Virus record (IMG/VR): IMGVR_UViG_3300014656_001808 | Span: 1-34,288 of that record | Reading direction: 5' to 3' (one strand) | DNA from: a virus | Lineage: Duplodnaviria; Caudoviricetes | DNA length: 34,288 nucleotides | Part shown: positions 33,893-34,288 of the stretch, piece after piece | Numbering within the stretch: position 1 is the stretch's first letter | Layout: each line of letters begins with the position of its first letter | The notes under the pieces: model-generated | What the model saw: the letters and a program-made list of their open reading frames with translations, nothing else | Databases searched by the model: none | Told to the model about the DNA's origin: nothing | Position numbers and translations under genes: made by a program

Positions 33893-34237
33893 TCATTCCA
33901 CCCCCTCGCCTTCAGTGCCGATTTTCAGCTTATCCTCCTGGTAGATCGCGAGCAGCCTGGCCAGCGATTCCGTTTGTACGTATGGATTGCCGGCATTGGC
34001 GCTCAGCAGGATCAGAATTTCGCCATCGCTGCCAAATTTTACTTCATTGAACATACCCACGTTCAGCGGCAGTTTGAGATACCCCATTGCTTCCACGTCG
34101 GTCGCGGACAGGGCATCGACCACCATCTTCACCTGCTGGCGTTGCATCTCCATCTCTTCCGCCGTCAGGCCCTTGGAGCAACCCGACAGGAAGAGCAACC
34201 AGAGCAGCGCCAGCACCACACCAACCATTTTCCACAT
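33893..34237 (-). CDS. Lipoprotein
   Basis: MWK, hydrophobic core and lipobox LSGC; AAAGGAG SD. Confidence 0.8.
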   Translation of the reverse strand: MWKMVGVVLALLWLLFLSGCSKGLTAEEMEMQRQQVKMVVDALSATDVEAMGYLKLPLNVGMFNEVKFGSDGEILILLSANAGNPYVQTESLARLLAIYQEDKLKIGTEGEGVE

Positions 34238-34288
34238 AGCATTCTCCTTTCAAGCAGGACAAAGCTCCAGCTTTGTCAGTCAGTTAGA

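Larger units (their letters stand above)
7624..34277 (+). repeat. Dispersed REP-like family GYAG + 8-9 bp stem with TYC(A) loop, 11 copies
   Basis: Copies at 7624, 11455, 14427, 14640, 16242 (GTAC variant), 26655, 26701, 29900, 33750, 33871 and 34254, each ~22-24 bp. Confidence 0.85.
1..34288. mobile_element. Tailed phage / prophage segment, podovirus-like organisation (early module plus morphogenesis operon)
   Basis: Portal-scaffold-capsid-adaptor-nozzle-ejection gene order on the - strand; DnaB, initiator and small coupled ORFs on the left; no host housekeeping genes; no tape-measure or tail-tube gene. Ends and att sites are not visible. Confidence 0.93.

Overview
High-GC dsDNA phage or prophage segment with short-tailed (podovirus-type) gene organisation. 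The left ~7.6 kb is an early/replication module: a serine recombinase, a replication-initiator-like gene on the - strand, divergent sigma70-type promoters, an HTH protein, DnaB helicase and a run of small translationally coupled + strand ORFs, one with a degenerate MazG-like domain. 7671-34237 is a - strand morphogenesis operon, transcribed right to left: lipoprotein, portal, holin-like protein, Zn-ribbon protein, DHH phosphoesterase, scaffold, major capsid, decoration, adaptor, nozzle, fibre/accessory proteins, then three putative ejection proteins (614 aa with a C-terminal Hint domain, 513 aa, and a 2336-aa polyvalent protein). No terminase, tape measure, tRNA, CRISPR array or reverse transcriptase was seen. 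Main unexplained signals: (1) 11 REP-like GYAG+hairpin elements, all on the + strand, with compensatory stem changes, five of them inside essential-looking genes, plus a REPIN-like doublet; (2) a Hedgehog-like, non-splicing Hint domain on a putative ejection protein; (3) a 53-aa basic ORF with a perfect Shine-Dalgarno nested in the +1 frame of the giant gene; (4) an exact 27-bp in-frame repeat shared by dnaB and an unrelated gene. All product calls come from motif recognition and synteny by eye; no searches were run.
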